Source: Candidatus Omnitrophota bacterium
GTDB taxonomy: Bacteria > Omnitrophota > Gorgyraeia > Gygaellales > Profunditerraquicolaceae
Length of the DNA stretch: 64,000 nucleotides
Reading direction: 5' to 3'
Assembly: GCA_028715785.1 (NCBI GenBank)
Contig: JAQURC010000003.1
Span: forward strand, 27,423-91,422
Below are positions 18,376 to 29,217 of this stretch, in pieces (within the stretch, counting starts at the first letter, position 1; the number at the start of each line of letters is the position of its first letter). Position numbers and translations under genes: made by a program. The notes below the pieces were generated by a model. That model worked only from the letters and a program-made list of their open reading frames with translations, was not told the DNA's origin and made no database searches.

Positions 18376-19361
18376 TTTGATAGATATCTAAACCAATCTT
18401 TGGTAGCTGTTTCTATTTTTTCAGGGGTCCATACCGGCGCGGCCCGCCAATACTCGATATTATCAAGAATGGATTTTACCCCCTGCTCAAAACTAACCTT
18501 AGGACTCCATCTTAAAAGTTTTTTGATTTTTGCAGTATCCGCGAATGTGCAGTCCGGCTCACCCGGCCTTTTGGGAATATACACTACTTCACCCTTAAGA
18601 AGCTCAACCAAACGGTTAACGCTATAAGTATTCCCTGAGCCGACATTCATCACTTCTTGCTGACAATTTGAATTGGCAGCCATAAAAAAAGCATTGGCCA
18701 CATCAGTAACGAACACAAAATCGCGCGTCTGCGTACCGTCTCCTACTACTGTAAATGGCTTATTATTCAGCTTCTGCGCCAAAAATACTCCAAATACCGC
18801 GCCATAAGTTCCGGATGTCCTTGAGCGCGGGCCGTAAACATTAAAAAGCCTTAATGATACTACCGGTAATTTATATACCTGGCCCCAATGTAAAACCAAT
18901 TGTTCGCCCAAATACTTAGTTAACGCGTAAGGATACTGCGGCCTTGTTTCTGCGGTCTCTTGAGTAGGATATCCATCCGGTATTCCATAACACGAAGATG
19001 ACGCCGCATAAACAAGCTTTTTTACACCGGATAAACGCGCAGCTTCAACTACGCTAAAAGTTCCATCAACATTTGACTTATAATAATCCAAAGGATTGAC
19101 GATTGAAGGAACGATATCCGCCAACGCAGCTAGATGAAAAACATGATCGATCCCCTTAAAATATGGAAGGATTTCGTCAAAGGAAAATATATCAACCTTT
19201 ACTATATTAAGATTCTCATTATTCCTATGGTGGCTAAGATTCTCCAGCCTGCCGGTAGAAAAGTTATCCAGGACAACTACAGAATAACCTTCTTCAATTA
19301 ATTTATCAACCAAATGGCTGGCGATAAACCCTGCACCACCGGTTACTAATGCTTTTTTCAT
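18372..19361 (-). CDS. NAD-dependent sugar-nucleotide epimerase/dehydratase (SDR)
   Basis: [14 protein letters not shown] Rossmann motif. YALTK catalytic YxxxK. Confidence 0.8.
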   Translation of the reverse strand: MKKALVTGGAGFIASHLVDKLIEEGYSVVVLDNFSTGRLENLSHHRNNENLNIVKVDIFSFDEILPYFKGIDHVFHLAALADIVPSIVNPLDYYKSNVDGTFSVVEAARLSGVKKLVYAASSSCYGIPDGYPTQETAETRPQYPYALTKYLGEQLVLHWGQVYKLPVVSLRLFNVYGPRSRTSGTYGAVFGVFLAQKLNNKPFTVVGDGTQTRDFVFVTDVANAFFMAANSNCQQEVMNVGSGNTYSVNRLVELLKGEVVYIPKRPGEPDCTFADTAKIKKLLRWSPKVSFEQGVKSILDNIEYWRAAPVWTPEKIETATKDWFRYLSK

Positions 19362-19383
19362 AATCCTATATCTCCTCTAAATT

Positions 19384-20571
19384 TTAGTTTGCTTTCCCTG
19401 AACCTAAAGCCGCTACTATCCCCAACCACAACCAAAATAATACCGCAAGCGGCAAAGAATATAAGTTAGTATCAAAAAAACTATGGACTAGAAAACCAAT
19501 TAATCCGCATACTCCACCCAATAGGATAGGATCCCTTGTGGATAAGAATTTTTTTATTCCCAGATATAAAACCGAACAAATAAACAGCAAAAAAGCAATC
19601 AAACTAAAAATCCCACTTTCCGCGAGGATTTGCAAAAAACAATTATGCGCGTAGGATATAACTAAATTCGGCAGATATTTTGAAAAATTAGCCATAAAGG
19701 TACCGACCCCTTTGCCCAAAAACGGATTTTCCTTAAACATGGAGATGGCTGCCTGCCAATATTTAAAACGATCCGCATCCCCGCCAAATTGAAATATCGA
19801 AAACAATATCTCCTGGGATTCAGGAATAAATAAAAGGATACCCATAAAAATAAGTATGGTAAAAATGATTACTGGCTTCCTGGAAATAAAAAGCATTGCC
19901 ATCAATACGGCTAAGACTCCTATCCATGCGCCGCGGGAATAAGTGTGAAAAATACAGAAAACCAAGATCGCCGCTAAAAATAATATAGGATAGTATACTC
20001 TTGCCTTAAACACGCGCGGTGTCTTAAGAAAAGCCGCACATAAAGCAAAAGGAATAATTAAATAGGCGCCCAGGTCATTGCAATGATGAAAGCTTGAAGT
20101 AATAGCCCGGACTCCGCCTTTCATAATCATAATTTCTTTTCCCCGCAAGAATTCCACTCCCCAAAAAAGCTGGGCCATCCCTGAAAACGCCACCACAGCT
20201 GATGAAAAAAGAAAAATTGATACGAAAACTAAAATGTCCTTCCTTCTTGTGATTGTATCTTGGAGAATTAAAAAAAGGACAATATATTTACCCCATTTTA
20301 GAAATAAGGCAACAAGGCTTTTCTCAATATATTGTCCGCTGTTAATTAAGGACAGTGCTATAAAAAAGAAAAATAGGGCGAGGAATATATTTTGCTTATG
20401 TTTCAACTGCTGAAAATCAGGCTTAACTATTTTCTTCCCGATAAAACCTAAAAAAATCAAACCAGTAAATAAACTAATAAGCGCATTTGAAATCGGAATA
20501 AAGAATAAAATCCCCCCTAATCCAATTTTAGCCAACAGATCAAAAAAAGTGAATACCTTATCCTTATCCAA
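19384..20571 (-). CDS. O-antigen ligase (WaaL/Wzy_C) family membrane protein
   Basis: HTYSRGAWIGVLAVL motif. Multi-TM. Confidence 0.6.
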   Translation of the reverse strand: MDKDKVFTFFDLLAKIGLGGILFFIPISNALISLFTGLIFLGFIGKKIVKPDFQQLKHKQNIFLALFFFFIALSLINSGQYIEKSLVALFLKWGKYIVLFLILQDTITRRKDILVFVSIFLFSSAVVAFSGMAQLFWGVEFLRGKEIMIMKGGVRAITSSFHHCNDLGAYLIIPFALCAAFLKTPRVFKARVYYPILFLAAILVFCIFHTYSRGAWIGVLAVLMAMLFISRKPVIIFTILIFMGILLFIPESQEILFSIFQFGGDADRFKYWQAAISMFKENPFLGKGVGTFMANFSKYLPNLVISYAHNCFLQILAESGIFSLIAFLLFICSVLYLGIKKFLSTRDPILLGGVCGLIGFLVHSFFDTNLYSLPLAVLFWLWLGIVAALGSGKAN

Positions 20572-20572
20572 A

Positions 20573-21967
20573 TTAATACGCCCCTTTACTTTTAAGCACT
20601 GCCGGGATAGTCCATAGCAATATCTTTATATCCAAACCTAACGACCAGTTATTCACATACCAACTATCCCAACGCATCCACTGGCTAAATTTAAGGCTTG
20701 ATCTGCCTTTCACTTGCGCTAACCCGGTTATCCCCGGCTTTATATTCAATCTTGGAATATGTTTATACTCTATTTTCTCGCTTTCTTCCACAGGGAACGG
20801 CCTGGGGCCAACCAGGCTCATATCACCCTTTAAAACATTAATCAACTGAGGAAGCTCATCCAGGCTGTATTTCCTCAAGAAAGCCCCCACCCTTGTAAGA
20901 CGCGGGTCTTTCCTTATCTTAAAAATAGGGCCATCAACTTCTGATCTATGCCTAATTTGCTCCTTTAACCTATCTGCATTATGAACCATCGAACGAAATT
21001 TATAAAAATTAAATACAATCCCTTTTCTTCCGTTTCTTTTTGAAATGTAAAAAACCGGGCCGCTGCTCTCAATTTTAATAAATAAGCCAATCACAATAAA
21101 AACTGGCAAAAACAGGCACAATATTGAACCAGCAACAAATATATCAAAAATACGCTTAATAATACTGTCCGCCTTAACCTGTTCCCCCTGAAAACAGGTT
21201 ATCAAAGGGATAGAGCCCAGATAGTTTAAATTTAGTTTTTGGAAAGGTAAACCAAAATTATCAATAATTAACCTCACGGCTTTGCCTGTTTTGCCGCATT
21301 TAGCAAGAAAATCATTTATGGACATACTGCTTGAGTATTCCGTAACATAAATCTCATCAATAAAATACTTCTTTACGATATGCTCAAGGTCATCAACTTT
21401 TCCTAAAATCTTAACTTCGCAAAAATCGCCTGTCCGCTTATCATCTAAAATGCCTTTAACACGTAAACCAAGGAATGGGTTATCCTTAATTTCTTGAAGC
21501 ATAAGTTCAGTTTCTTTGCCTATTCCGATAAGCAGAACATTATAATTTGCGAAACCGCTGCTTATAAGTTTCCTGACACAAATCCTCTTGAGGATCCGCC
21601 ACAGAATAATAAAAATAGAGAGGGCTAAAACTGCCTCAATAAAAACAGTACGGGAGAAAAAATTCATGCCAAGTAAATAAACAAATAAGTCCGCAATAAC
21701 TGAAGCAAATACTACGCCTTTTACAACCATAAAACTTTCTTCAATTATGCTTAAATAACGAATAGTAGAATATAAATGCAGACTATTTAAAATAAAAATA
21801 AGACAGATACCCCAAAAGATAAATACGGTTATATAGGCTTTTTGGATAACCAACTCATGGGGGACCAAAGAAGGATTTAGGAAATAGGGAACAGCAAAAG
21901 CAAGGCTAATCAATAAAACATCAATAGTAAGATATAAAAAATGGGCGTATCTATTAGTTCGCAACAT
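20573..21967 (-). CDS. Polyprenyl-phosphate hexose-1-phosphate transferase (WbaP/sugar transferase family, initiating enzyme)
   Basis: C-terminal SLDELPQLINVLKGDMSLVGPRP bacterial sugar transferase signature. N-terminal TM region. Confidence 0.85.
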   Translation of the reverse strand: MLRTNRYAHFLYLTIDVLLISLAFAVPYFLNPSLVPHELVIQKAYITVFIFWGICLIFILNSLHLYSTIRYLSIIEESFMVVKGVVFASVIADLFVYLLGMNFFSRTVFIEAVLALSIFIILWRILKRICVRKLISSGFANYNVLLIGIGKETELMLQEIKDNPFLGLRVKGILDDKRTGDFCEVKILGKVDDLEHIVKKYFIDEIYVTEYSSSMSINDFLAKCGKTGKAVRLIIDNFGLPFQKLNLNYLGSIPLITCFQGEQVKADSIIKRIFDIFVAGSILCLFLPVFIVIGLFIKIESSGPVFYISKRNGRKGIVFNFYKFRSMVHNADRLKEQIRHRSEVDGPIFKIRKDPRLTRVGAFLRKYSLDELPQLINVLKGDMSLVGPRPFPVEESEKIEYKHIPRLNIKPGITGLAQVKGRSSLKFSQWMRWDSWYVNNWSLGLDIKILLWTIPAVLKSKGAY

Positions 21968-22009
21968 GAGGTAAATTATATCATAGATTAAGTATTGTTG
22001 ACAATAAAA

Positions 22010-22861
22010 TTATGGCCTTGAGGAACCCGCTTTAAGACGAGAATGAGATTTAAAAATTAGGTCAATTAATACATAATATACAAACAATGGGTAGTTTACT
22101 AAATACCTGCGCCACAGCCGCTTAGGCTCAGTAATAAGCCTGAACAGCCACTCAAAACCATTATCCCGTATCCAGCGAGGGGCTTGCGGTTTAACGCCAG
22201 CCAAGAAATCAAACGCCGCCCCTACCCCAACCACAACCGCCACCTTAAGTTTATCTTTATGTTCGTACATCCAAAGCTGCTGTTTGGGCGTGCCAAGGCC
22301 AACCCATAAGAGATCCGGAGAAACTTTATTAATAATTTCAACGATAGTTTTATCCTCATCATTATCCAAAGCCCTAAATGGCGGAGCGTAAGTACCCGCT
22401 ACGACTAGACCAGGAAATCTAGCTTTCAAATTATTAACCAATAAATTTAAGGTTACCTGAGTAGTCCCATAGAAAAAATTTGAGTAGCCCTTAATTTCAG
22501 CTAACCTTAAAGACTCAAGCATCAAATCAGGCCCATACACTCTCCTTTTAAGGGGATGGCCTTTGAACCTGGAAAGCAATACTAATGAAATCCCATCAGA
22601 AACAGATAGGCTGCTACCGTTTATCGCATTTCTAACCTTATCATTCTTTTTACCGGCGATCATATCATAGGCATTAGCTACAACGACGTAATTGCCGATT
22701 TTTTTGTTTTCAATCCAGCCGGAAATTCGCTTAATTACATCGGGAATCTGGACTAAATCAACACGCATGCCTAAAATATCCAAATAATCATTATCCCTGC
22801 TTCCAGAAACAGGTTTATTTTTCATTGTCATAAGATATCTTAGATTCCTGTGGTTTTTCAA
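22010..22861 (-). CDS. WecB/TagA/CpsF family glycosyltransferase (GT26)
   Basis: About 250 aa with a GT26-like N-terminal region (ILGMRVDLV...) and size and context typical of the family. Confidence 0.75.
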   Translation of the reverse strand: MKNHRNLRYLMTMKNKPVSGSRDNDYLDILGMRVDLVQIPDVIKRISGWIENKKIGNYVVVANAYDMIAGKKNDKVRNAINGSSLSVSDGISLVLLSRFKGHPLKRRVYGPDLMLESLRLAEIKGYSNFFYGTTQVTLNLLVNNLKARFPGLVVAGTYAPPFRALDNDEDKTIVEIINKVSPDLLWVGLGTPKQQLWMYEHKDKLKVAVVVGVGAAFDFLAGVKPQAPRWIRDNGFEWLFRLITEPKRLWRRYLVNYPLFVYYVLIDLIFKSHSRLKAGSSRP

Positions 22862-23984
22862 GAAAAGGTAATGCTACCAACGTAGGAATCATCCAATAAT
22901 AGACATGCCAAGGAATTAGAAGAAGCCCGGAATAAATGTGCCCTGTTATAACAGCCGATGCGATTAAAATATGCGCTTGACTGGCCAAGGAAAAGTTTTT
23001 TATAATTTTTGAATACAACCAGATAAAAATAATTGCTACAAAAAAAGCTATCTCGAAATTCCCCTTTTGATACAGAGTAGCACCCCATAAATAATGAAAT
23101 AAAAAATGTTTGTAATTTAGAATTAAAAATGGCAAGGAAAACAAGCTTACCGTTAAAACTATACCAATTATGCTATGGATAAGATAGCGACGGCTATTCC
23201 TGAAAATAAGGAAAAGAAGTATCGCTGCCGGCAGCATATAGCATATCCTTACCATCGAACTTATCCCAAGCAGAATCCCGATAATAAAAAATCTTAGCCA
23301 TTTAATATCTACCCATTGCTTTAAGAAAATTAGAACTGCTAAATACAAAAATGGCATCCCATATAAAAGTTCCTCCGAACTTTCCCAATAACACCAATTA
23401 AAATATGGATGAAACACCATCACAATTAAAGCCAACGTCAAAATCGGGCGAGCGCTAACCCTCTCAATATATTTCCATAGGTAAAAAACGATAAATGCCA
23501 TAACGAATGTAGAAAGTATATTGATGTTATTGAAAAATTTTACAAATGGCAAGGATAATAATACCGAAGCAGGGCCGCCAGTAATCGGCGGTTTACAACA
23601 AAAGGTAGGCTTATCAAAAGGGTATATCCCCTGTAAGAAAAAATTCACCGATTGGTAAAGGGCGTCATCCCTATCCCCCTCCCTACCTATTGAATCCATT
23701 CCTCTATAGATCTTGATTCCCAGGTAAAGGATAAAAAAAGCGATAACAATCAAAAAATTAAAGGTTTCTCTTTTGATGTTACGGTTAATCAATGCATAAA
23801 GATACAAGAATAAGGTAGGTAAAGTCAACAAAGTGAGGGGCAACAAACTGAAACCGTCGTTTCTTAAACCCAGGTATCTGGGATGAATAATCATAAACGC
23901 AAAAAAGAACAAGGCAATTAAAATTTCTGTTATGCCGATTGTTTTGTAATTATCTTCGCTATTGAATCCCATTTTTACCCTCAT
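22815..23984 (-). CDS. Integral membrane protein, possible GT-C-type glycosyltransferase
   Basis: 389 aa, about 10 TM helices. No diagnostic motif recognised. Confidence 0.3.
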   Translation of the reverse strand: MRVKMGFNSEDNYKTIGITEILIALFFFAFMIIHPRYLGLRNDGFSLLPLTLLTLPTLFLYLYALINRNIKRETFNFLIVIAFFILYLGIKIYRGMDSIGREGDRDDALYQSVNFFLQGIYPFDKPTFCCKPPITGGPASVLLSLPFVKFFNNINILSTFVMAFIVFYLWKYIERVSARPILTLALIVMVFHPYFNWCYWESSEELLYGMPFLYLAVLIFLKQWVDIKWLRFFIIGILLGISSMVRICYMLPAAILLFLIFRNSRRYLIHSIIGIVLTVSLFSLPFLILNYKHFLFHYLWGATLYQKGNFEIAFFVAIIFIWLYSKIIKNFSLASQAHILIASAVITGHIYSGLLLIPWHVYYWMIPTLVALPFLEKPQESKISYDNEK

Positions 23985-25395
23985 ATCCCCTAAACAGATA
24001 ATCGCAGCTTAAAGCAAAAATTAAATAAATATTAACATAGAATGGATAAAAATATCTCGTTTCAGTATGAAAATGGTAGGCAAAAAAATAGAAATAACCC
24101 AGGCTGATTATGATAAGTGCGTGTTTAAATCTTAATTTCAGTAAACTTTTGACCCCGGATCTCAGCGCGTACTTTAAAACTCCTGCTATAATTACCAAAT
24201 AAATTAATATGCTGTATAGAAAATGCAAGATTATAGCCGAAGCAAGATAAATATAATTGGTCAGCCTTGTCGCATGCTCCGGGAAGATATCCGGATAGAC
24301 GCCCTCAAATAAAACATGGTTTAAGGCATTCAAACAATAAAACCAAATATACCTAAAAGGGTGTTCTTTAACAAGACGGTGCCATTCCGCAATAGCAGAA
24401 ATCTCAGTATTCGAATAATGTCCTTCATTATAACTATTCAAAAATCCTGTTGATTTTATATAAGGCTCACCGGTTATTTTCGCCATCCTCTTGGAATCGC
24501 TTGGAAAAGAAACTTCACCTAGCTTGTTAGATAATTGAAAAATACCCCATTTTAATGAGTCTTTTAAATCCCAGTCTACCAAATAAGCATGGGCCAAAAG
24601 ATTATCAGCACCCCTTATAGCAACCATAGCGTAACCATACTTTTTGTAATTTCTAGCACTCCACAGAAAAGGAAATAAAAGGCTTATGCACAAAAACATT
24701 ATAATCGGCTTAGCGATAATTTTTATGGAACAGCTTTTTTTAGTAAATAAAATCCTGTAAACCAGAATAAAAAAAACTAACCAAAAAGGATAAATTAAAA
24801 AGAAAGCCTTAGTAATTACCAGCCAACCTGCCGCTAAAGCAGCAATAATCCAGAATTTTAGTTCAGTGGAACACCAAGAGTTCTCTTCATTTAGAGATAT
24901 TTTCATAAGGCAAAACAAGATTAGAGAGTTGAGAAAAAGCTGTAGCGGCTCTGAATACACGCGGAGCGCAGAAAATGATGCCAATTGAGGACTAAGAGTG
25001 AACGGCAAGCTAAAAACAAATACTCTTTTTAATGAAGAATTGGGCATTAAAATTCTTAATACCAAAAAGAACAAGGTAGCTGACGCAGAAAATAAGAGGA
25101 TATTTGTAATACGCACTAATATTACTGCATTAGATTCAGAAAATAACCAAAATAATGGGGATATTAATATGGGATACCCCGGCTCTTTAGCCATACCGCA
25201 TTTCCAGAGCCCTCCTGAAACTATATCTTGAGCATATTGAATAAAATTTAAAGCATCATATTGTTGTTGAAAGCGTAGGCTAAAAATCAGGAAAATAGAT
25301 CCGAATAAAAAAGATATTCCGAAAATTATCGGCAAATAAATTTTATTGTTCTTGGCGCTATCCTTATTTTGCGGGCTGATTCTTATGTAATTCAT
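23959..25395 (-). CDS. Integral membrane protein, GT-C (ArnT/PMT-like) glycosyltransferase candidate
   Basis: 478 aa, multi-TM, cluster context. Confidence 0.4.
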   Translation of the reverse strand: MNYIRISPQNKDSAKNNKIYLPIIFGISFLFGSIFLIFSLRFQQQYDALNFIQYAQDIVSGGLWKCGMAKEPGYPILISPLFWLFSESNAVILVRITNILLFSASATLFFLVLRILMPNSSLKRVFVFSLPFTLSPQLASFSALRVYSEPLQLFLNSLILFCLMKISLNEENSWCSTELKFWIIAALAAGWLVITKAFFLIYPFWLVFFILVYRILFTKKSCSIKIIAKPIIMFLCISLLFPFLWSARNYKKYGYAMVAIRGADNLLAHAYLVDWDLKDSLKWGIFQLSNKLGEVSFPSDSKRMAKITGEPYIKSTGFLNSYNEGHYSNTEISAIAEWHRLVKEHPFRYIWFYCLNALNHVLFEGVYPDIFPEHATRLTNYIYLASAIILHFLYSILIYLVIIAGVLKYALRSGVKSLLKLRFKHALIIISLGYFYFFAYHFHTETRYFYPFYVNIYLIFALSCDYLFRGYEGKNGIQ

Positions 25396-26240
25396 AATTC
25401 TCTTACCTTCTTTAAATCCGCGAATATCTCCGGAACATCAGTCTTATCTGGTACGAAGGAAACTGCTTCCTCAACCACTCTCATATCCAAATCTTCTTCT
25501 TTTAAAAGTGAAACTAAGAGATCCTTCATTCTGATACTACCACCGCTACCGACGTTATATACCTCTCCTGACTTCCCTCGTTCCATAATCTTTTGGTAAT
25601 ACTTGACAGCTTCTCGAACATCGATATAATCTCTCTTTGCTTCCAAATTCCCCACTACTATCTTAGAAATATCCCCTCTTTTTATTTTTTCTATCTGATC
25701 ATAGACCTTCCCGATAAACATAAGCTTTGAAATCCGCCTGCCATCACCAGATAGATTAAAGGTGCGCGCCATTACAATATCCATCTGGTAGGCCTTATGA
25801 TAAAAATTCATCAGATATGTTTGGTAAACCTTGGTAAGGCCGTGAATACGGCAGGGCCGCAGCGGATAGCTCTCGCTAACAGGATTATCCTTAACATCAA
25901 CAAAACCGTATTCAGCAGAACTTCCAATCAACAGTACCCGGCAGGAAATAGCGGATCCCAATAAAGAATCTAAGATATTTTTTGTGCTTAATACATTTAC
26001 CGAATAGTCAATGTCATAGTTATTGGTAAAACTGCCGGCAAGATGATAAATGCGATCCGGCCGGATCTTATCGATCAAGGCCTGTACGGATTCTCTTCGG
26101 GTCAAATCGCAATTCAAGACATTTTTAGCGTTATCGGAAATAAAATCAGTTAAATAAAGTTCAGGTCCGCACTGTTTGGATAAAAACTCAATAAGATGAC
26201 GGCCTGTAAACCCTAAAGCACCAGTGACCAATATTTTCAC
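25392..26240 (-). CDS. NAD(P)-dependent sugar-nucleotide reductase/epimerase (SDR)
   Basis: ILVTGALGFTGRHL Rossmann motif. Confidence 0.7.
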   Translation of the reverse strand: MKILVTGALGFTGRHLIEFLSKQCGPELYLTDFISDNAKNVLNCDLTRRESVQALIDKIRPDRIYHLAGSFTNNYDIDYSVNVLSTKNILDSLLGSAISCRVLLIGSSAEYGFVDVKDNPVSESYPLRPCRIHGLTKVYQTYLMNFYHKAYQMDIVMARTFNLSGDGRRISKLMFIGKVYDQIEKIKRGDISKIVVGNLEAKRDYIDVREAVKYYQKIMERGKSGEVYNVGSGGSIRMKDLLVSLLKEEDLDMRVVEEAVSFVPDKTDVPEIFADLKKVREL

Positions 26241-26950
26241 TATTCGATCCTCATCTTTTTCTTTATCTCCGCGTAATGCTCATCGGCGTACTGATAATCT
26301 TCCGCTCGTCCTATATCTAACCAAAATCCGTCAAATTTATGCACGTGGATTTTATCTTTATTTTTGATACCATCAAGCATTAATTGGTCGAATCCATACT
26401 GCCGGCCTCTTGGCGTGCTTTCAATTACTGAACGATTGAGGCAATAAATCCCCATACTAACATCAAAACGGTAAACCGGTTTTTCATTAAATCCCGTTAG
26501 GCAATGCCCACTATCATACTCCATTACTCCAAAGTCAATAGTCAATTCCCTTGAACAGGCCGCCACAGAAATCTTTCTTTGATTCTTTACATGTTCCTGG
26601 TAAAATTCTTTAAGATTTAGATTACATAGGACATCGGAATTCATTACGAGAAAATTATCCGGAAGATCCTGAATAAGCGCCAACGGACCCACAGTATTAA
26701 GGGGCTTGTCCTCAAGAGAATAATCGATCAGAACGCCCCATTTCTTCCCATCCCCAAAATAAGCTCTCACTAACTCAGCAAGGTGGTTAACAGCTAACGT
26801 AATATTAGTAAAACCTGCCTTGGCCAATTGAAGAATAACTAATTCAAGAACCGAACATTCGCCTCCAATAGGGACTAAGGGTTTAGGAATCAAAGTAGTA
26901 TAAGGCTTAAGCCGCGCTCCCTTTCCCCCTGCCAAAATGATTGCTCTCAT
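26240..26950 (-). CDS. Sugar-1-phosphate nucleotidyltransferase (NTP_transferase fold)
   Basis: MRAIILAGGKGARLKPYTTLIPKPLVPIGG signature. Confidence 0.75.
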   Translation of the reverse strand: MRAIILAGGKGARLKPYTTLIPKPLVPIGGECSVLELVILQLAKAGFTNITLAVNHLAELVRAYFGDGKKWGVLIDYSLEDKPLNTVGPLALIQDLPDNFLVMNSDVLCNLNLKEFYQEHVKNQRKISVAACSRELTIDFGVMEYDSGHCLTGFNEKPVYRFDVSMGIYCLNRSVIESTPRGRQYGFDQLMLDGIKNKDKIHVHKFDGFWLDIGRAEDYQYADEHYAEIKKKMRIE

Positions 26951-26951
26951 T

Positions 26952-27950
26952 TTAAATATTGTAGATCCCGGTTTTGTATCTCTTTAAGTTTTCCCTTTTC
27001 TTAAACCATATAATTGTCTCTTCAAGACCTTTCTCTAAGCTATATTTTGGCTGCCAGCCCGTCAGAGAAGTTATTTTTTTATTGCTGCCGAGGAGGCGTT
27101 CTACCTCCGAACCCTTAGGCCTCTTGCGTTCTTCGTCAATGATGATCTTCGCGCGCCGGTTCAACTTATCAACTAAGATTTTCGCCAGTTCTTCAACAGA
27201 TACTTCGATCCCGCTGGAAATATTAATCTCTTCTCCTATGGTTTTTTTAGAGCCGGCAATCTCTAAAAAAGCGCGGCAGACATCTTTTACGTAATTAAAA
27301 TCGCGGGTTGGCACCAAGTTTCCCAAACGAATCTCTCTGGCTCCGGCCAGTAATTGAGTAATAATTGCCGGGATTATGGCCCGCGCGGACTGTCGCGGAC
27401 CATAGGTATTAAAGGGACGCGCAATTACGATTGGTAATTTAAAAGACCGATAAAAAGATTCCGCTAAACGATCAGCAGCGATTTTAGTTGCGCTATATGG
27501 AGACTGAGCCTGTAGAGGATGTTTTTCATCAATTGGCACATATTGAGCTGTCCCATAAACTTCCGAAGTAGAAGTAATAATTATTTTCTTTACATCAAGC
27601 TTTCTGGCCGACTGCAATATGTTAAGAGTGCCTTTGATATTAGTATCTGCATACGAATCCGGTGATTGATAGGAAAACGGAATTGCAATCAGGGCAGCCA
27701 GGTGGAATACGATATCGCAACTTTTCATTGCTTTCTCAACTCCATGCACATCACGAATATCGCCCGGGAAGACCTCAATCCGCTTTATTTTGCTATCCGG
27801 AAGGGAATCAAGCCAGCCCCACGAATTAAAAGAGTTATAATAAACAAAGGCTCTCACATCATAATCCCGTTCAATTAAAAATTCGGTTAGATGGCTTCCT
27901 ATAAAACCATCAGCTCCAGTTATTAATATCTTTTTTCGGGTTTTTTCCAT
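26952..27950 (-). CDS. NAD-dependent sugar-nucleotide 4,6-dehydratase/epimerase (SDR)
   Basis: ILITGADGFIGSHL. SPYSATKIAAD YxxxK motif. Confidence 0.8.
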   Translation of the reverse strand: MEKTRKKILITGADGFIGSHLTEFLIERDYDVRAFVYYNSFNSWGWLDSLPDSKIKRIEVFPGDIRDVHGVEKAMKSCDIVFHLAALIAIPFSYQSPDSYADTNIKGTLNILQSARKLDVKKIIITSTSEVYGTAQYVPIDEKHPLQAQSPYSATKIAADRLAESFYRSFKLPIVIARPFNTYGPRQSARAIIPAIITQLLAGAREIRLGNLVPTRDFNYVKDVCRAFLEIAGSKKTIGEEINISSGIEVSVEELAKILVDKLNRRAKIIIDEERKRPKGSEVERLLGSNKKITSLTGWQPKYSLEKGLEETIIWFKKRENLKRYKTGIYNI

Positions 27951-28026
27951 ACTTTTTCAATCCCAGTAAATCGTTATTTTTACATTCGCCTACTTTGCAT
28001 ATTATACTTCTTAACAGATTATAAAA

Positions 28027-29217
28027 CTAATTATTTATTCTGGTCACCACTATCTTTTTGAATTTTATTGTTTTTTCATAAATATTAATTAAATCATAGT
28101 AGTTCTTCTCTTCATTAAACTGATCTCGGTAAATTTTATTTGCATTCTTGCCCATTTCCATGCGCTCTTTATTATGGAAAAATAAATAAGTAATTTTTGC
28201 AGCTAAATCATTTATGTTGCCCGGCTCAAATAAGACGCCGCTAAACCCATCTATAACGAACTCCTTAATGGCTCCTAAATTACTGGCCAAAACCGGCTTG
28301 GATAAAGCGAAGCTTTCCATTATAACCAAAGGCATATTTTCATAACATTCTGAAGGAAAGATTATAAAAGAAGCTCCTCTTATTGTCTTAAGAAGTAAAT
28401 CCCTATCTATTTTCCCTAAAAATTCAACATTATCGTATGAAGAAGAAAAATCATAAACTCTTTCTTTTAACGGGCCATCGCCAATAATTTTCAAATTGAA
28501 TGCGGGATTGAGGTTATAAGCACCCATTAATGTCTCTACGCCTTTATAATCGACAAGCCGGCCAATAAATAAAGCATAATTATGCTCCTGGCTACCTGAT
28601 TCCGGTTCAATTGTTAAAAAATTTGGCTTCAAATGCATTCTTTGTTCCTCTAGCCCAAACTCAATAAATTTATTCCTACTAAATCTACTTGTCGCGATAT
28701 ATGAATCCGCATTTTTAAAAAAAGGATTTCTCTTAAAAATAAGTTTTGCCAAGAAAAATGAAAGAATAAAAGAACTATTCCAGCATCTTCCCACCACTGC
28801 ATGAAAAAATCGTTTATCCTTGCATCTTTCACAAACTTTTCCTTTACGAAAAAAAATACCCTTAAGACAGAAAAACCTGTAATTATGAAGAGACTGGACT
28901 ACCGGAATATCCTCTTCTTTTAATGCGTAATATACCGCAGGTGTTATATAAAAGAAGATATTGTGAATATGCGCAATATCCGGTTTTTCCTTTTTTATAA
29001 TTTCTTTTATTTCTTTATAAACTACCCTGGAGAAATTCAGTCTCAGCAGAATAAAAATGACCTTTCTAAAAAATGGCAAACTTTTGATATATTCGTTTGA
29101 TTTCTCGTAACGAATTACTTTGTGCCCACGTTCCTCTAATACCTTCGCCTCCGCACTAAATACCTCGTCTTCCCCTCCTTTTTCCAAATAATGATTATGA
29201 ATGATTAAAACTTTCAT
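28027..29217 (-). CDS. Glycosyltransferase family 4 (GT-B)
   Basis: MKVLIIHNHYLEKGGEDEVF... at the N-terminus. C-terminal sugar-donor domain pattern. Confidence 0.7.
   Translation of the reverse strand: MKVLIIHNHYLEKGGEDEVFSAEAKVLEERGHKVIRYEKSNEYIKSLPFFRKVIFILLRLNFSRVVYKEIKEIIKKEKPDIAHIHNIFFYITPAVYYALKEEDIPVVQSLHNYRFFCLKGIFFRKGKVCERCKDKRFFHAVVGRCWNSSFILSFFLAKLIFKRNPFFKNADSYIATSRFSRNKFIEFGLEEQRMHLKPNFLTIEPESGSQEHNYALFIGRLVDYKGVETLMGAYNLNPAFNLKIIGDGPLKERVYDFSSSYDNVEFLGKIDRDLLLKTIRGASFIIFPSECYENMPLVIMESFALSKPVLASNLGAIKEFVIDGFSGVLFEPGNINDLAAKITYLFFHNKERMEMGKNANKIYRDQFNEEKNYYDLINIYEKTIKFKKIVVTRINN

Noticed and set aside
25392-26240. Apparent replacement of the SDR catalytic Tyr (HGLTKVYQ where YxxxK is expected) suggesting an inactive epimerase
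   Set aside because: It cannot be established without an alignment. A nearby Tyr (KVYQTY) could serve, so this was not reported as a finding.
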